DNA from: Minisyncoccota bacterium | GTDB taxonomy: Bacteria > Patescibacteriota > Minisyncoccia > Phycocordibacterales > UBA5272 | Assembly: GCA_018062965.1 (NCBI GenBank) | Contig: JAGORG010000003.1 | Coordinates: forward strand, 47,655-111,654 | Direction of reading: 5' to 3' | DNA: 64,000 nt | Shown here: positions 9,555 through 19,298 of the stretch, in pieces | Layout of the letters: every line of letters starts with the position of its first letter | Numbering within the stretch: position 1 is the stretch's first letter | The notes under the pieces: generated by a model | What the model saw: the letters and a program-made list of their open reading frames with translations, nothing else | What the model was told of the DNA's origin: nothing | Databases searched by the model: none | Made by a program: the position numbers and the translations under genes

Positions 9555-9656
9555 TTACTTAATCTTAAACATCACCAAGTATATTCCAAGGGCTAGACCT
9601 ATCAGAAAAGCAATTGTGAAGAGAAGTGCGAATCCTAGTGTGGTAAATGTGATCAT
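9555..9656 (-). CDS. 33-aa single-TM hydrophobic peptide (paralog 1)
   Basis: MITFTTLGFALLFTIAFLIGLALGIYLVMFKIK. Tandem with paralog 2, directly downstream of the M23 peptidase gene. Confidence 0.35.
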   Translation of the reverse strand: MITFTTLGFALLFTIAFLIGLALGIYLVMFKIK

Positions 9657-9664
9657 AAACGTAG

Positions 9665-9766
9665 TTACTTAATATGTTTGTAGCTGATCCACATACCGCA
9701 GATAATACCGAGTAACACCGCAAATATCATAAGCAGTGCGAATGCTGGGATGGTGAATGTCATCAT
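9665..9766 (-). CDS. 33-aa single-TM hydrophobic peptide (paralog 2)
   Basis: MMTFTIPAFALLMIFAVLLGIICGMWISYKHIK. GGGG 6 nt upstream of ATG. Same length as paralog 1, with the same M-TFT...FALL...IK ends. Confidence 0.35.
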   Translation of the reverse strand: MMTFTIPAFALLMIFAVLLGIICGMWISYKHIK

Positions 9767-9785
9767 ATACGCCCCAGTATATCAT

Positions 9786-11069
9786 TTAGAGATAGCTGAG
9801 TGGATTGAGATATCCAGGCTTAGGAGCTATAGGCATAGTCATGTTTGTACCGCATACCTTACTACGATAGTTGGTAATCTCTACAGCATCAGACGCATAC
9901 ACCGTAAAGTGAAGATGTGGACCAGTACTGTATCCTGTGTTTCCTGAGAGCCCAAGCTTTTGACCTGCAGAGACAGATTGTCCACCACTCACACTGATAA
10001 CTGAGAGGTGTGCGTACAGCGTGGTGAGTCCGTTGTTGTGTTTGACGAGCACCCATTTACCATACGAAACACCATTACACGCTGTATCAGTGTTACCAGT
10101 ACCAAGTACTACACCTGACTGTGCAGACATGATAGTAGTTCCGGTTGGTACACCGAAGTCGATACCGTTGTGTCCGCCACCGTTGTAGACTTGTGGATTT
10201 TTACTTGCAAATGGAGTATTACCGAAGTATTGCGTGATTTTTACATTTGCCACCGGGTACTGCAAAACCCCCTTTCCATATTTTGGAAGTTTACCTGCAT
10301 CTACAGTTGTCTGTAGTTTTGATTCAACATCTGAAAGTTCGGCTTCTAAATCCCCTTTTTTCTTTTGGCGATCTGAGAGCATCTTTTGATACTCGGTTTC
10401 TTTGTTTTTGGTTTGTGCTAAAAGTGTATTTTTTTCTTTTGCATTTTGCTCAACAAGCGTTTTTTGATCAGCAAGGTTAGAGGTTAGTGTCTCCAACTGC
10501 TTTTTACTTGATTCATATGACTGCTTAGCGCTTTCAAGTGTCGTCTTGGCTTCTTTGAGTTCTTTTACTTTTCGATGCACTTCATTTGAAACATCTGTGC
10601 TTCTTTTTATGCTATCAAATGTATCTGACAAATTCCCTGATGCTGTCATAACACTAAAAAGTGGAGGAAGAGCTGCATCGCTATAGGTCACATTGCGAAA
10701 GAGCTCTTTGAGAGCTTGTGCGTTTCGAGTGATAACTTCTTCTGTTTCTAGGATACGACCCTGTGTGTCGACAATACGACCTTCAGTTGATTTGATTTGA
10801 AGTCTGGTACGGTCAATTTCTTTTGCAAGGATTGCTTTGCGTGATTCGAGGTTGGCGAGCGCTTGTTTGAGTGTTTTTGCCTCACCTTGTGTTGCTTGTA
10901 TTTTTTTGTTGTACTCGGCTATTTCTTTGTCGAGTGACTGAATCTGAGCAGACAATGCATCAACGTTTGACTTTAGTTGATCCGCTGTTTGAGCATATAC
11001 ACTTCCACCAACAAACAAGCTGATGGCTAGTATAGATGATGAGATTTTTGTAAAGAGCGAGTGTGGCAT
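9786..11069 (-). CDS. M23-family metallopeptidase with N-terminal signal peptide and long coiled coil (EnvC/NlpD-like)
   Basis: C-terminal GGGHNGIDFGVPTGTTIMSAQSGVV...GPHLHF (HxxxD/HxH). Start moved to the signal peptide MPHSLFTKISSSILAISLFVGG. Confidence 0.7.
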   Translation of the reverse strand: MPHSLFTKISSSILAISLFVGGSVYAQTADQLKSNVDALSAQIQSLDKEIAEYNKKIQATQGEAKTLKQALANLESRKAILAKEIDRTRLQIKSTEGRIVDTQGRILETEEVITRNAQALKELFRNVTYSDAALPPLFSVMTASGNLSDTFDSIKRSTDVSNEVHRKVKELKEAKTTLESAKQSYESSKKQLETLTSNLADQKTLVEQNAKEKNTLLAQTKNKETEYQKMLSDRQKKKGDLEAELSDVESKLQTTVDAGKLPKYGKGVLQYPVANVKITQYFGNTPFASKNPQVYNGGGHNGIDFGVPTGTTIMSAQSGVVLGTGNTDTACNGVSYGKWVLVKHNNGLTTLYAHLSVISVSGGQSVSAGQKLGLSGNTGYSTGPHLHFTVYASDAVEITNYRSKVCGTNMTMPIAPKPGYLNPLSYL

Positions 11070-11092
11070 TGGTGTAGTAGTAGGTATAACCA

Positions 11093-12526
11093 TTAGGAAC
11101 TCAAGGTGTGACAAGCTGTTTTGATGCGATTAATTGATTCTTCTTTACCCAGCACATAGATAATAGTGAACGGATCTGCAGATTTTTCTTGACCAGAAAG
11201 CGCCATACGTAGCGGCCAAAGAACATTACCTTTCCCACACTCTTCTGCATATGGCATGATGAGTGCTTTGATAGACTCCACAGAAGAAACATCTGCATCA
11301 GTTAGAAGTTCAGCGACTTTCTCTAGATGCATTTGGGCTTCGGAAGCTTCTCTATCTTTCCAGATGAGTTTCTCTTTCTCAAGAACTGGCGAAGTTACAA
11401 AGAAACGAAATTCTGTTGGTTCTAGGCTTGCGATTTCTCCGTATGTGTTTATTCTGTCGATAACAGTAGGCAATAGACGACTCAAAAGCTCATCACTGTA
11501 ACCAGGCATACGAGCTTTGATCTGTGCCAACTGTTCCTCTAGAGGCGCTTTTCTCATGTGTTCTTTGTTCATCCAAAGAAGCTTTTCTTCGTTAAACATT
11601 GCACCTGATTTGTGAATACGTTCGATATCAAATGCCTGTATGATTTCTTCTGGTGTCATGATTTCCACATCCCCTCCTGGATTCCATCCAAGAAAAGCGA
11701 GGAAGTTTACTAAGGCATCAGGTACGTACCCCTCTGCACGATAATCAAGAATATCTTTTGCTCCATCACGCTTGCTTAATTTTTTTGTTCCTTCTGCACC
11801 TAAGATTGGCGGCAATGTTACAAATGTTGGAGGTGTAATCTCGAGAGCTTCATAAAGCGAGAGGAACTTTGGAGTTGAAGCGATGAATTCATCCGCACGC
11901 ATAATATGCGTCACACCCATTTCGAAATCGTCGATGATGTGTGCAAAGTTGTACGTTGGGTATCCGTCACTTTTTATCAAAATAAAATCATCAAGAGCTT
12001 CTTCTCCTGCAGAAAGTTCTCCCCGTACAACGTCGTGCCATGTATAGCTTTTAATTTCAGGAACTTTAAAACGAAGTGGTTTAGTTCCATCCCAGCTTTC
12101 TGTTGTTTCAGGTCGATAGTCACGGAAAAGAAAGGCGCGCTTCTCGCTTTCTGCTTGAGCACGAAATACTGCGACCTGTTCTTCGGAATACGGATCAGGA
12201 TACGCGTATCCTTTTTCGATAAGTATTTGCGCGTATTTTTTGTATGACTCGAGACGCTCTGACTGTAGGTATGGAGCATGTGGACCGCCGATATCAACTC
12301 CTTCATCCCATGAGATACCCAGCCACTTGAGGGATTCAATAATGTGCGGGATTGATCCTTCAACTTCTCGAGCTTTATCTGTATCTTCAATACGCAAAAT
12401 GAAACGCCCATTGTACTTGCGAGCAAATGCCCACGCATAGAGCGCAGTACGAACACCTCCAACATGCATGAAGCCTGTTGGTGATGGCGCGAAACGAGTG
12501 ACGATAGGTTTGTTTGATGTTTCCAT
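11093..12526 (-). CDS. gltX: Glutamate--tRNA ligase
   Basis: HVGG (HIGH) near the N-terminus and KLSKR (KMSKS). 477 aa. Confidence 0.85.
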   Translation of the reverse strand: METSNKPIVTRFAPSPTGFMHVGGVRTALYAWAFARKYNGRFILRIEDTDKAREVEGSIPHIIESLKWLGISWDEGVDIGGPHAPYLQSERLESYKKYAQILIEKGYAYPDPYSEEQVAVFRAQAESEKRAFLFRDYRPETTESWDGTKPLRFKVPEIKSYTWHDVVRGELSAGEEALDDFILIKSDGYPTYNFAHIIDDFEMGVTHIMRADEFIASTPKFLSLYEALEITPPTFVTLPPILGAEGTKKLSKRDGAKDILDYRAEGYVPDALVNFLAFLGWNPGGDVEIMTPEEIIQAFDIERIHKSGAMFNEEKLLWMNKEHMRKAPLEEQLAQIKARMPGYSDELLSRLLPTVIDRINTYGEIASLEPTEFRFFVTSPVLEKEKLIWKDREASEAQMHLEKVAELLTDADVSSVESIKALIMPYAEECGKGNVLWPLRMALSGQEKSADPFTIIYVLGKEESINRIKTACHTLSS

Positions 12527-12528
12527 AC

Positions 12529-13638
12529 TTATGCTGAATGACTAAGACCGATACGAATAAGCTCACGAGCGATTGTCGCAGCTGCGGTGCGAGATTGTTC
12601 AAAGGCTGCTGTTTTACCGACTATCTCTTTGTATGTTTCTTTGCTTTCTAAGATACGAGCTATTTCTGCGCTAAAGACAGATACGGATAGGTTATTCTCT
12701 TCAATAACATGTCCTACGCCATACGAACTAAATGTATATGCATTTGTGCGCTGATCTCGACTAATGGTCTCAGGAATCGGAATAATAATAAGTGGTAGTT
12801 TCCACAATGCCATTTCAAACATCGACGACCCAGCGCGAGTGATGACCATATCAACTTTAGGATAAAACAGCGAGACATCGATAAAGCCTTCCATAAAGTA
12901 ATGCTCCTTGAACTGATGATCTCGGAGTAAAGAATCAGTCACTTTTTTCATATCATCTTTATTGAGCGAACCAACCTGATGCACGATGTCGTATTTGTTT
13001 AGTAAATCAGGTAAAAGCGGGAGTAATGCCTCATTGATAGTTTGGCTACCTTGTGACCCGCCAAGCACAAGAATAACTGGACGTTCTTTTTCGGGATATG
13101 TGCGAGTGAAATCTTCTGGCGGAATAAGATTATCTCTAATTGGTTGTCCGGTATATGCAACTGTTGATTTTGGGAAAAATGCTGCAGCTTCTTTGTACGA
13201 AACCGCAACTCGTGCTGCAAACTTTCCAGCCCATGACGTCGTGCGCCCAGCAACAGAATCACTTTCATGAACAATTACTGGAATAGACAACATTCTCGCT
13301 GCAAAAAGCGTTGGGAAGCTCGCATACCCACCTTTAGCAAATATAACATCCGGATACAGCTGATAGAGTTTTATCAGAGCAACAACAATACCGTATGCAG
13401 TTCTAAAAAAACCAGTCACGGTTTCTAGCGAAGGATACACATGGAGTTTGCCAGCAGGAATCTGCGTAAACTTTATTTGTAAATCAAAAAGCGCTCGCTC
13501 GTCATATGGTTTATCAGAAAAGAAATATACCTCTGGTGGTACAATCTTTTGAATAAACACTTCTTTGCGAACACGCTCAATCACCGCTAGTAACGGATAA
13601 AAGTGCCCCCCTCCTGCTCCTGTGATAACTATTTTCAT
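12529..13638 (-). CDS. murG: UDP-GlcNAc:undecaprenyl-PP-MurNAc-pentapeptide GlcNAc transferase
   Basis: MKIVITGAGGGHFYPLLAV N-terminus and GT28 C-terminal fold. Confidence 0.85.
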   Translation of the reverse strand: MKIVITGAGGGHFYPLLAVIERVRKEVFIQKIVPPEVYFFSDKPYDERALFDLQIKFTQIPAGKLHVYPSLETVTGFFRTAYGIVVALIKLYQLYPDVIFAKGGYASFPTLFAARMLSIPVIVHESDSVAGRTTSWAGKFAARVAVSYKEAAAFFPKSTVAYTGQPIRDNLIPPEDFTRTYPEKERPVILVLGGSQGSQTINEALLPLLPDLLNKYDIVHQVGSLNKDDMKKVTDSLLRDHQFKEHYFMEGFIDVSLFYPKVDMVITRAGSSMFEMALWKLPLIIIPIPETISRDQRTNAYTFSSYGVGHVIEENNLSVSVFSAEIARILESKETYKEIVGKTAAFEQSRTAAATIARELIRIGLSHSA

Positions 13639-14732
13639 ACGACGTGTGCGGTTTTGGATATTTGAAGTAATACACCAAGCTCAAACAGTGCAACCATGAG
13701 CGCTGTTCCTCCGTGAGAAACCAGAGGAAGCGGTACACCAGTGAGTGGCATAAGTCCAAGCATAGAACCAATATTAAGCGATGCTTGTGTAAGAATAATG
13801 ATCACTATCCCTACCCCGAGCAACCGTGCAAATTGGTTTTCTGCTCGCATGGAAACACTGAAGCCCCGTATACCTACTATAGCATACAAGAGTAGGAGTG
13901 TAAGGGACCCAATGAGACCTAATTCTTCCCCTAGTACCGCAAATACAGAGTCCCCTATCGGCTCAGGTAAGTAGTTAAATTTTTGCACGGATTGACCAAG
14001 TCCACGACCTGCGATACCACCACTACCAAGAGCAATCAGCGACTGATTAAGCTGCCAAGATGAGCCTTGTGGATCATGTGAAGCGTTCAAAAATGTTTTG
14101 ACTCGTTCGATCATGTACGGACGAAGAGAGATGAGTGTTGCCACTCCGAGTAATCCAACAAGCATCAAAACAATAATATGATTCTTGCGTGCGCCTCCTA
14201 CGAAGAAAACACCAAATGATGCAGCCATGATAACCATAAATGTTCCGAAATCTGGCTGAGCAAGCATGATACCAGAAACAACACCTGCAGCTAGGATGTA
14301 CGGCAAAATACCGTATCGCCAATCTTTGAATTTATTACGTTGTGTGGAGCACCACAATGCAACCGCAATAACAAAACCAAACTTGAGTGCTTCAGATGGT
14401 TGAACGGATAGCGAGCCTATATCTATCCATCTATGTGCTCCTCCGTGATATACCGACAACCCAGGAACAAACACAAGTGTTGTAACAAAAAGTGCTGCTC
14501 CAAACAAATAGTAGCCATACTTCATATAAAACCGATACGGAATATTCATGCCAAGCAAAAGCGCAACGGCACCTCCAAACAGTGCGTACACAAGCTGTGT
14601 CTTGATAACTGCATAAAACTTTACTTCATTTACAGCAAGCACTCCAAGAGCAGCAGAACCAAACACAATGAGCCCACCGAGCAAAAGTGCAATAATGCTG
14701 ATGAGAAGTGGTTTGTCTACACGTGCAAACAT
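13635..14732 (-). CDS. ftsW: FtsW/RodA/SpoVE (SEDS) family protein
   Basis: 10-TM SEDS-like protein located between mraY and murG. Confidence 0.75.
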   Translation of the reverse strand: MFARVDKPLLISIIALLLGGLIVFGSAALGVLAVNEVKFYAVIKTQLVYALFGGAVALLLGMNIPYRFYMKYGYYLFGAALFVTTLVFVPGLSVYHGGAHRWIDIGSLSVQPSEALKFGFVIAVALWCSTQRNKFKDWRYGILPYILAAGVVSGIMLAQPDFGTFMVIMAASFGVFFVGGARKNHIIVLMLVGLLGVATLISLRPYMIERVKTFLNASHDPQGSSWQLNQSLIALGSGGIAGRGLGQSVQKFNYLPEPIGDSVFAVLGEELGLIGSLTLLLLYAIVGIRGFSVSMRAENQFARLLGVGIVIIILTQASLNIGSMLGLMPLTGVPLPLVSHGGTALMVALFELGVLLQISKTAHVV

Positions 14733-14736
14733 AAGA

Positions 14737-15810
14737 TTAGCTTACAAGAGCAATAACAACCCCAAGGAGAGCGCACATATACGAAATAATCCAGTATCGC
14801 ATTGTCACCTGATACTTTGACCAACCTTTAGCTTCAAAGTGATGATGAAGCGGAGCAACTAAAAAGAGCTTTCTTTTTAAAACCTTTTTCCATACAAGCT
14901 GAAGAATAACCGAGAGTGTTGTCGCAACAAGTGGAAGAGCGATGATCGGCAAATACATAACCGCATTTGTAAGAAATGCTATAACCGCAAGCGACAACGA
15001 CAACGCAAGCATACCTGTTTCTGAAAGATAAAACTTTGCTGGAGGGATGTTGAACCACAAAAACGCCATAATACCTCCAACGATAACAAAACATAGCGCA
15101 GCGATATTGTTTTGCCCATGAGCAAATGCAATCATTCCGTACGCACTAAACACAGCTGACATAACACCTCCAGAAAGGCCGTCCACCCCATCGATAACCC
15201 CTGTAGAAAAAGTAGCCAACAACACTAGTATGAAAAAGAGTATAAATAATGGACCACCTAGATAGAGATCACCATAAAAAGGCACATACACACTCGCTAC
15301 TCCAAGTTTTGCAAAGAACCACCACCCAAGCACAAGCCCAAGAGATGAAACCACTAAAAGACGAACAGGAAAAGAAAGCCCTCCTCCTATATATGAGTTT
15401 AATTTGCTCCCAAATGCCTCTACAACGAGCAGGTCATCTATCGCTCCAGCAAACGCACCTACAAGCATCGCAACAAGCGGAAGCCATGTTTGGTTACGTG
15501 AAATAAAGTCTATCTTTTCAGTAAATGGTGTCGGAAAAAAATAAGAAAGAAACCAAAATAATAATGCAGTGACAGTGACCGAAGCCCACACAACAATTCC
15601 CCCTAAACGAGGAACTGGAGCCTTCTCATCATTGTGAAGCATTGCTGTTATTGTTGCATCCTGGCCATCAATAGTCTTTGTAACGTTTTTCTTTTTCCAC
15701 AAAGCGTGTTTATTCAAAAAACGTATAAGATACGGTGCAACTATGACACCAACAAGGAAAGAAACGAGCGCTGGAAGCAAAACTTTAAACGGGTCCAAGG
15801 AGAATAACAT
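14737..15810 (-). CDS. mraY: Phospho-N-acetylmuramoyl-pentapeptide transferase
   Basis: Polytopic membrane protein with MraY-like sequence. Upstream of ftsW-murG. Confidence 0.8.
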   Translation of the reverse strand: MLFSLDPFKVLLPALVSFLVGVIVAPYLIRFLNKHALWKKKNVTKTIDGQDATITAMLHNDEKAPVPRLGGIVVWASVTVTALLFWFLSYFFPTPFTEKIDFISRNQTWLPLVAMLVGAFAGAIDDLLVVEAFGSKLNSYIGGGLSFPVRLLVVSSLGLVLGWWFFAKLGVASVYVPFYGDLYLGGPLFILFFILVLLATFSTGVIDGVDGLSGGVMSAVFSAYGMIAFAHGQNNIAALCFVIVGGIMAFLWFNIPPAKFYLSETGMLALSLSLAVIAFLTNAVMYLPIIALPLVATTLSVILQLVWKKVLKRKLFLVAPLHHHFEAKGWSKYQVTMRYWIISYMCALLGVVIALVS

Positions 15811-15859
15811 GTTCTCCAGTATACCATAGTAGCCTCTCTCGCTCTGGGGAAAAAAGCGC

Positions 15860-16780
15860 CTATTTAAGGGATATCAGGAGCGCTTCGTAGAGCATTTCTA
15901 CATCTGTAAAACGCTCAGCTTTAGTTGACCCAAGAACAACAATAACAACCGGATGCCCGACAGCAACATCAGCAATAAGTGCCAGGTTCCCCCCTGCCAA
16001 GTCCGTATAGCCTGTTTTTGAACCTTCTATACCAATAATACCCGCCACAGATTGATTTGTATTAGGCACGCCAGAAAGCGGGCCATTTTCTGTCATAACA
16101 GTACTACGCTTCTTGGTTGTTGCTTCTAGAATCCCTGGTATTTCTCTTCTAGCAATAGACATGAGCACTGCCACATCATAAGCACTCCCTTTACCTCCTA
16201 ATACATCCCCCTCATCAAGCCCTGCAGGGTCCGTGAATACTAAATCCAAACCATACCCTGCCGCCACAGTATTCATACGTGCGATAAATTCTCGTCTTCC
16301 CAAAAGAGAGTCTGCAACCGCGTACGCTCCATCATTTGATGAAAACGTAAGCGTATACTTGAGAAGTTCATCAAGCCTCCATGCTTGCCCTTTACGCAAA
16401 CCAAGATCATACGACCCATCAATATGCCCAGGCTCAATACGAATAAGCGTTGCTTCAGGTGCAACACTGTGAGCAGTTAGTGCTGTCATAACTTTGGTCA
16501 AACTTGCAAGAGGGAGTGTTGTTGTACTGTTGTGTGATGCAATCACTTTTTTGTCGACAATATCGTACACAATGTAAGCTTTTGCAGTAATCGGTAAGAG
16601 CTCAAAAGCCTCACGATTCACAAATAGAGGCGCCTGTTGTGTGTTTTTTTCTTCTCCCAAAATCCCCCCTTCTTTGTTTGGATATGTTTGTATAGCAAAC
16701 ACAAGCACAAAAACAAATACCAGCGCAGAAACGTAGGTAAACCCTAGGTGTAAATAGTCTTTGCGTACATGTATCATCAT
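15860..16780 (-). CDS. Serine-type D-Ala-D-Ala carboxypeptidase (S11, PBP5-like)
   Basis: SLTKVMT (SxxK) 30 aa after the N-terminal region, and KTG-like TGYT. Confidence 0.65.
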   Translation of the reverse strand: MMIHVRKDYLHLGFTYVSALVFVFVLVFAIQTYPNKEGGILGEEKNTQQAPLFVNREAFELLPITAKAYIVYDIVDKKVIASHNSTTTLPLASLTKVMTALTAHSVAPEATLIRIEPGHIDGSYDLGLRKGQAWRLDELLKYTLTFSSNDGAYAVADSLLGRREFIARMNTVAAGYGLDLVFTDPAGLDEGDVLGGKGSAYDVAVLMSIARREIPGILEATTKKRSTVMTENGPLSGVPNTNQSVAGIIGIEGSKTGYTDLAGGNLALIADVAVGHPVVIVVLGSTKAERFTDVEMLYEALLISLK

Positions 16781-17301
16781 GAGCGCCTTCCGTTATCCTC
16801 TTCTCCGTGTGTTAGTTTGTCTACGAGTTCCTTGTGGAGGTTTTCATAATCTGGAAGTTCTGAAGGAGATGTAACTCCTAGATATTGAAGTGCATCAGTT
16901 GTGAGTTTGCAGACCTCACCTTCGCGTTCTATGAGTCCACGAACAGAGAGTGTGCGTATAGATTGTGATGATTGCACCCCTCGAATATATGAAATATCTG
17001 CTCGCGTAGCGCTACCAAGATATGCAACAAGTGTGAGAACCTGAAGCGCAGCAGGAGTGAGCTCACCTGAAAGATCTTCTTTCCAAAAAGCTTCCACAAG
17101 CGCTGCCTGTGAAGTTTGTGTTGTTATTGCCACCTCATCTCCATTGATGAGCAGCTGTAGACCAAGAGGCGCAAGAGATGCATCAATCTGTGGAAGTATG
17201 GCTAGCACGTCTTCCTGTGAAGCATTCACCAATTTCGCAATAGATGAGACAGTGAGTGGTTCGCCAGAAAGGTATAAAAGAGTTGTTACATTTTGTAGCA
17301 T
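16777..17301 (-). CDS. scpB: Segregation and condensation protein B
   Basis: Twin winged-helix ScpB sequence. Confidence 0.7.
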   Translation of the reverse strand: MLQNVTTLLYLSGEPLTVSSIAKLVNASQEDVLAILPQIDASLAPLGLQLLINGDEVAITTQTSQAALVEAFWKEDLSGELTPAALQVLTLVAYLGSATRADISYIRGVQSSQSIRTLSVRGLIEREGEVCKLTTDALQYLGVTSPSELPDYENLHKELVDKLTHGEEDNGRRS

Positions 17302-17318
17302 ACGTAGTTAGAAGTGTA

Positions 17319-18044
17319 TCACGCTTGCTGGGAGGCAGCCTGAATATGTATATCTCCCCCTGACTCAGACTGATTTGCTACAAGCGCACCAGAACGAACA
17401 AGCTCAAGAAGAGCGATAAAATTAACAATAAGCAATTTCTTTTTCTGTTCGAATGTTTCTACTCCTGTTGCAAGCGTAGACAATGTCAGTCCTCCAATAT
17501 TTTGTACACGAGTGATGAGATTTTCGATAACGGTTTCGATACGCAAAACTTGTTCAACAGCTATCTTCATAAGTCTCTCAGGCGGCTTAAAGGAAGCAAC
17601 TGTTAGAAGCGCTATCGATTGAAGTGTTGTAACAGAAATACGCGCATCAGGCACAAAAACAGAACCACCTCTAAAATTCATACGAGGACGTCTATAGAGC
17701 TGTGCTTTACCGTACCTTTCTTGCACCAACAAACACCCACGAGAAAGTATCATAAACATTTCAAGTTTTGACTCAAGGTCGTGTACTTGCTTCTCTTCTT
17801 CTTCTGTGTAAACAACACCAGGAAGCAGTGACTTCGCCTTCATGAGCATAAGCGTTGAAGCAACTAACACAAACTGAGAAACATCAACCGCATTAGTTTC
17901 AGCAAGGGATTTTACGTATGCGATATAGTCATCTGCAATTGACGCCAAAGAAACTTCTGTAATAGAAAGTTTTTTCTCTACGATGAGGTCGAGTAGTTTT
18001 GTATACGGACCTTCGTACCTATCTAACTTAACAGTGAATTCCAT
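17319..18044 (-). CDS. scpA: Segregation and condensation protein A (kleisin)
   Basis: ScpA-like N-terminus LDRYEGPYTKLLDLI. Adjacent to scpB. Confidence 0.7.
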   Translation of the reverse strand: MEFTVKLDRYEGPYTKLLDLIVEKKLSITEVSLASIADDYIAYVKSLAETNAVDVSQFVLVASTLMLMKAKSLLPGVVYTEEEEKQVHDLESKLEMFMILSRGCLLVQERYGKAQLYRRPRMNFRGGSVFVPDARISVTTLQSIALLTVASFKPPERLMKIAVEQVLRIETVIENLITRVQNIGGLTLSTLATGVETFEQKKKLLIVNFIALLELVRSGALVANQSESGGDIHIQAASQQA

Positions 18045-18065
18045 ACAAGAAGTATATCAGGTAGT

Positions 18066-19199
18066 TTACTTTAGACGTTTAAATATCTCTGGATCATGAT
18101 TGCCGTCAATTTTAAATATCGCAATACCTCCGAGTTTGTACAGCTTTGCCAAGCGCATTTTGTCTGCTATTGCTTCTGCATCCGAATACCAGACGAGAAA
18201 TTGTTTTGTACCACCAAGAGATGCACCATATATGTCAGTACTCGTTGAATACGTAAACGACAGCTCCCCTGCCTGATTACGTGTCGGTTGTATGTTTAGT
18301 TGCTTTGCCAATTCATCAGCATAAAAGAAGTTCATCGAACCAATACGAGAATACCGTGTCGGAGACGTTGCTGTTGCGGGAATAATTTCATATTTGTATC
18401 CATACGTAGGCACACCAACAACTATTTTCTTTGCTGGTATGTCTTCAAGAGCAAGTGTCAAAACCTTTTTCACCCAATTGATATCGGCAACGGGTCGATA
18501 ATATGATGTAGTGTTTTGCATGTTAAGTGTCGCATCGTCTCCTATCTGATCATATGTCATGATACGTACCTGGTCACAGACTTTTCCGATGACCTTGTAA
18601 TCGTTTGCGTATTCAACTTTTGAAAGCACTGCGGCTGACGTGGTAGCGTATCTACTTTCAGGTGGAGTACGAGCCTCTACGGTACAGATCAATTTCTTTT
18701 TATCTTTATGAAGCGCAGCTGAGAGTTCTGTCAAAAAAGCAGAAAAGTATGGCTTGCTCTCTGCAAGTTTTGCTTCGTAGTCGATATCAATACCGTCAAA
18801 CTTGTTTGTTTTTACAAGAGCAACAATTTCTTTCACATGAGCTTGTCTACGTTTCTTTTGAGCAAGCAAGAGATACTGGTTATATTTTTCAGTTTCATTG
18901 TGTGGGTATGAAAGAATACTTGGATACACTGCCACTTTCTTTTTCTTTGCTTCTGCAATAAGTGACACCCAAGGCTCTTCTTTTGCTTTGAGTGCATCCT
19001 TGATGCTGCCATCTTGTTGGAGCTCGTATGCAAAGGGACTGATTTGTGTCACCTTGTCTAAGTTAGCAAGTGTAGAACTTGCTCCTTCTGTTTTTCGCCA
19101 ATACGGAATCCATACCGCTGTATCAAAAGAAGCTGTTGCAGCAAAAAGCACCTCAGCACAGCTAAGAGATATAACCAACCCAAGGAGGAGCTTCTTCAT
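18066..19199 (-). CDS. Secreted glycoside hydrolase family 18-like protein
   Basis: FDGIDIDYE (DxxDxDxE catalytic motif). Signal peptide MKKLLLGLVISLSCAEVLFA; start moved to this Met. Confidence 0.6.
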   Translation of the reverse strand: MKKLLLGLVISLSCAEVLFAATASFDTAVWIPYWRKTEGASSTLANLDKVTQISPFAYELQQDGSIKDALKAKEEPWVSLIAEAKKKKVAVYPSILSYPHNETEKYNQYLLLAQKKRRQAHVKEIVALVKTNKFDGIDIDYEAKLAESKPYFSAFLTELSAALHKDKKKLICTVEARTPPESRYATTSAAVLSKVEYANDYKVIGKVCDQVRIMTYDQIGDDATLNMQNTTSYYRPVADINWVKKVLTLALEDIPAKKIVVGVPTYGYKYEIIPATATSPTRYSRIGSMNFFYADELAKQLNIQPTRNQAGELSFTYSTSTDIYGASLGGTKQFLVWYSDAEAIADKMRLAKLYKLGGIAIFKIDGNHDPEIFKRLK

Positions 19200-19261
19200 G
19201 TACAGAGTATAACAAAAACATACCAACTCTTGTGACAGTTACCTCTGCTAAGTATCCAAAA

Positions 19262-19295
19262 TAAAAATGCCTCCTCGGAGGCATTTGTTTGTGTT
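19262..19295 (-). terminator. Intrinsic (bidirectional) terminator
   Basis: GCCTCC-loop-GGAGGC hairpin flanked by A-run/T-run. Confidence 0.5.
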
Positions 19296-19298
19296 TGA

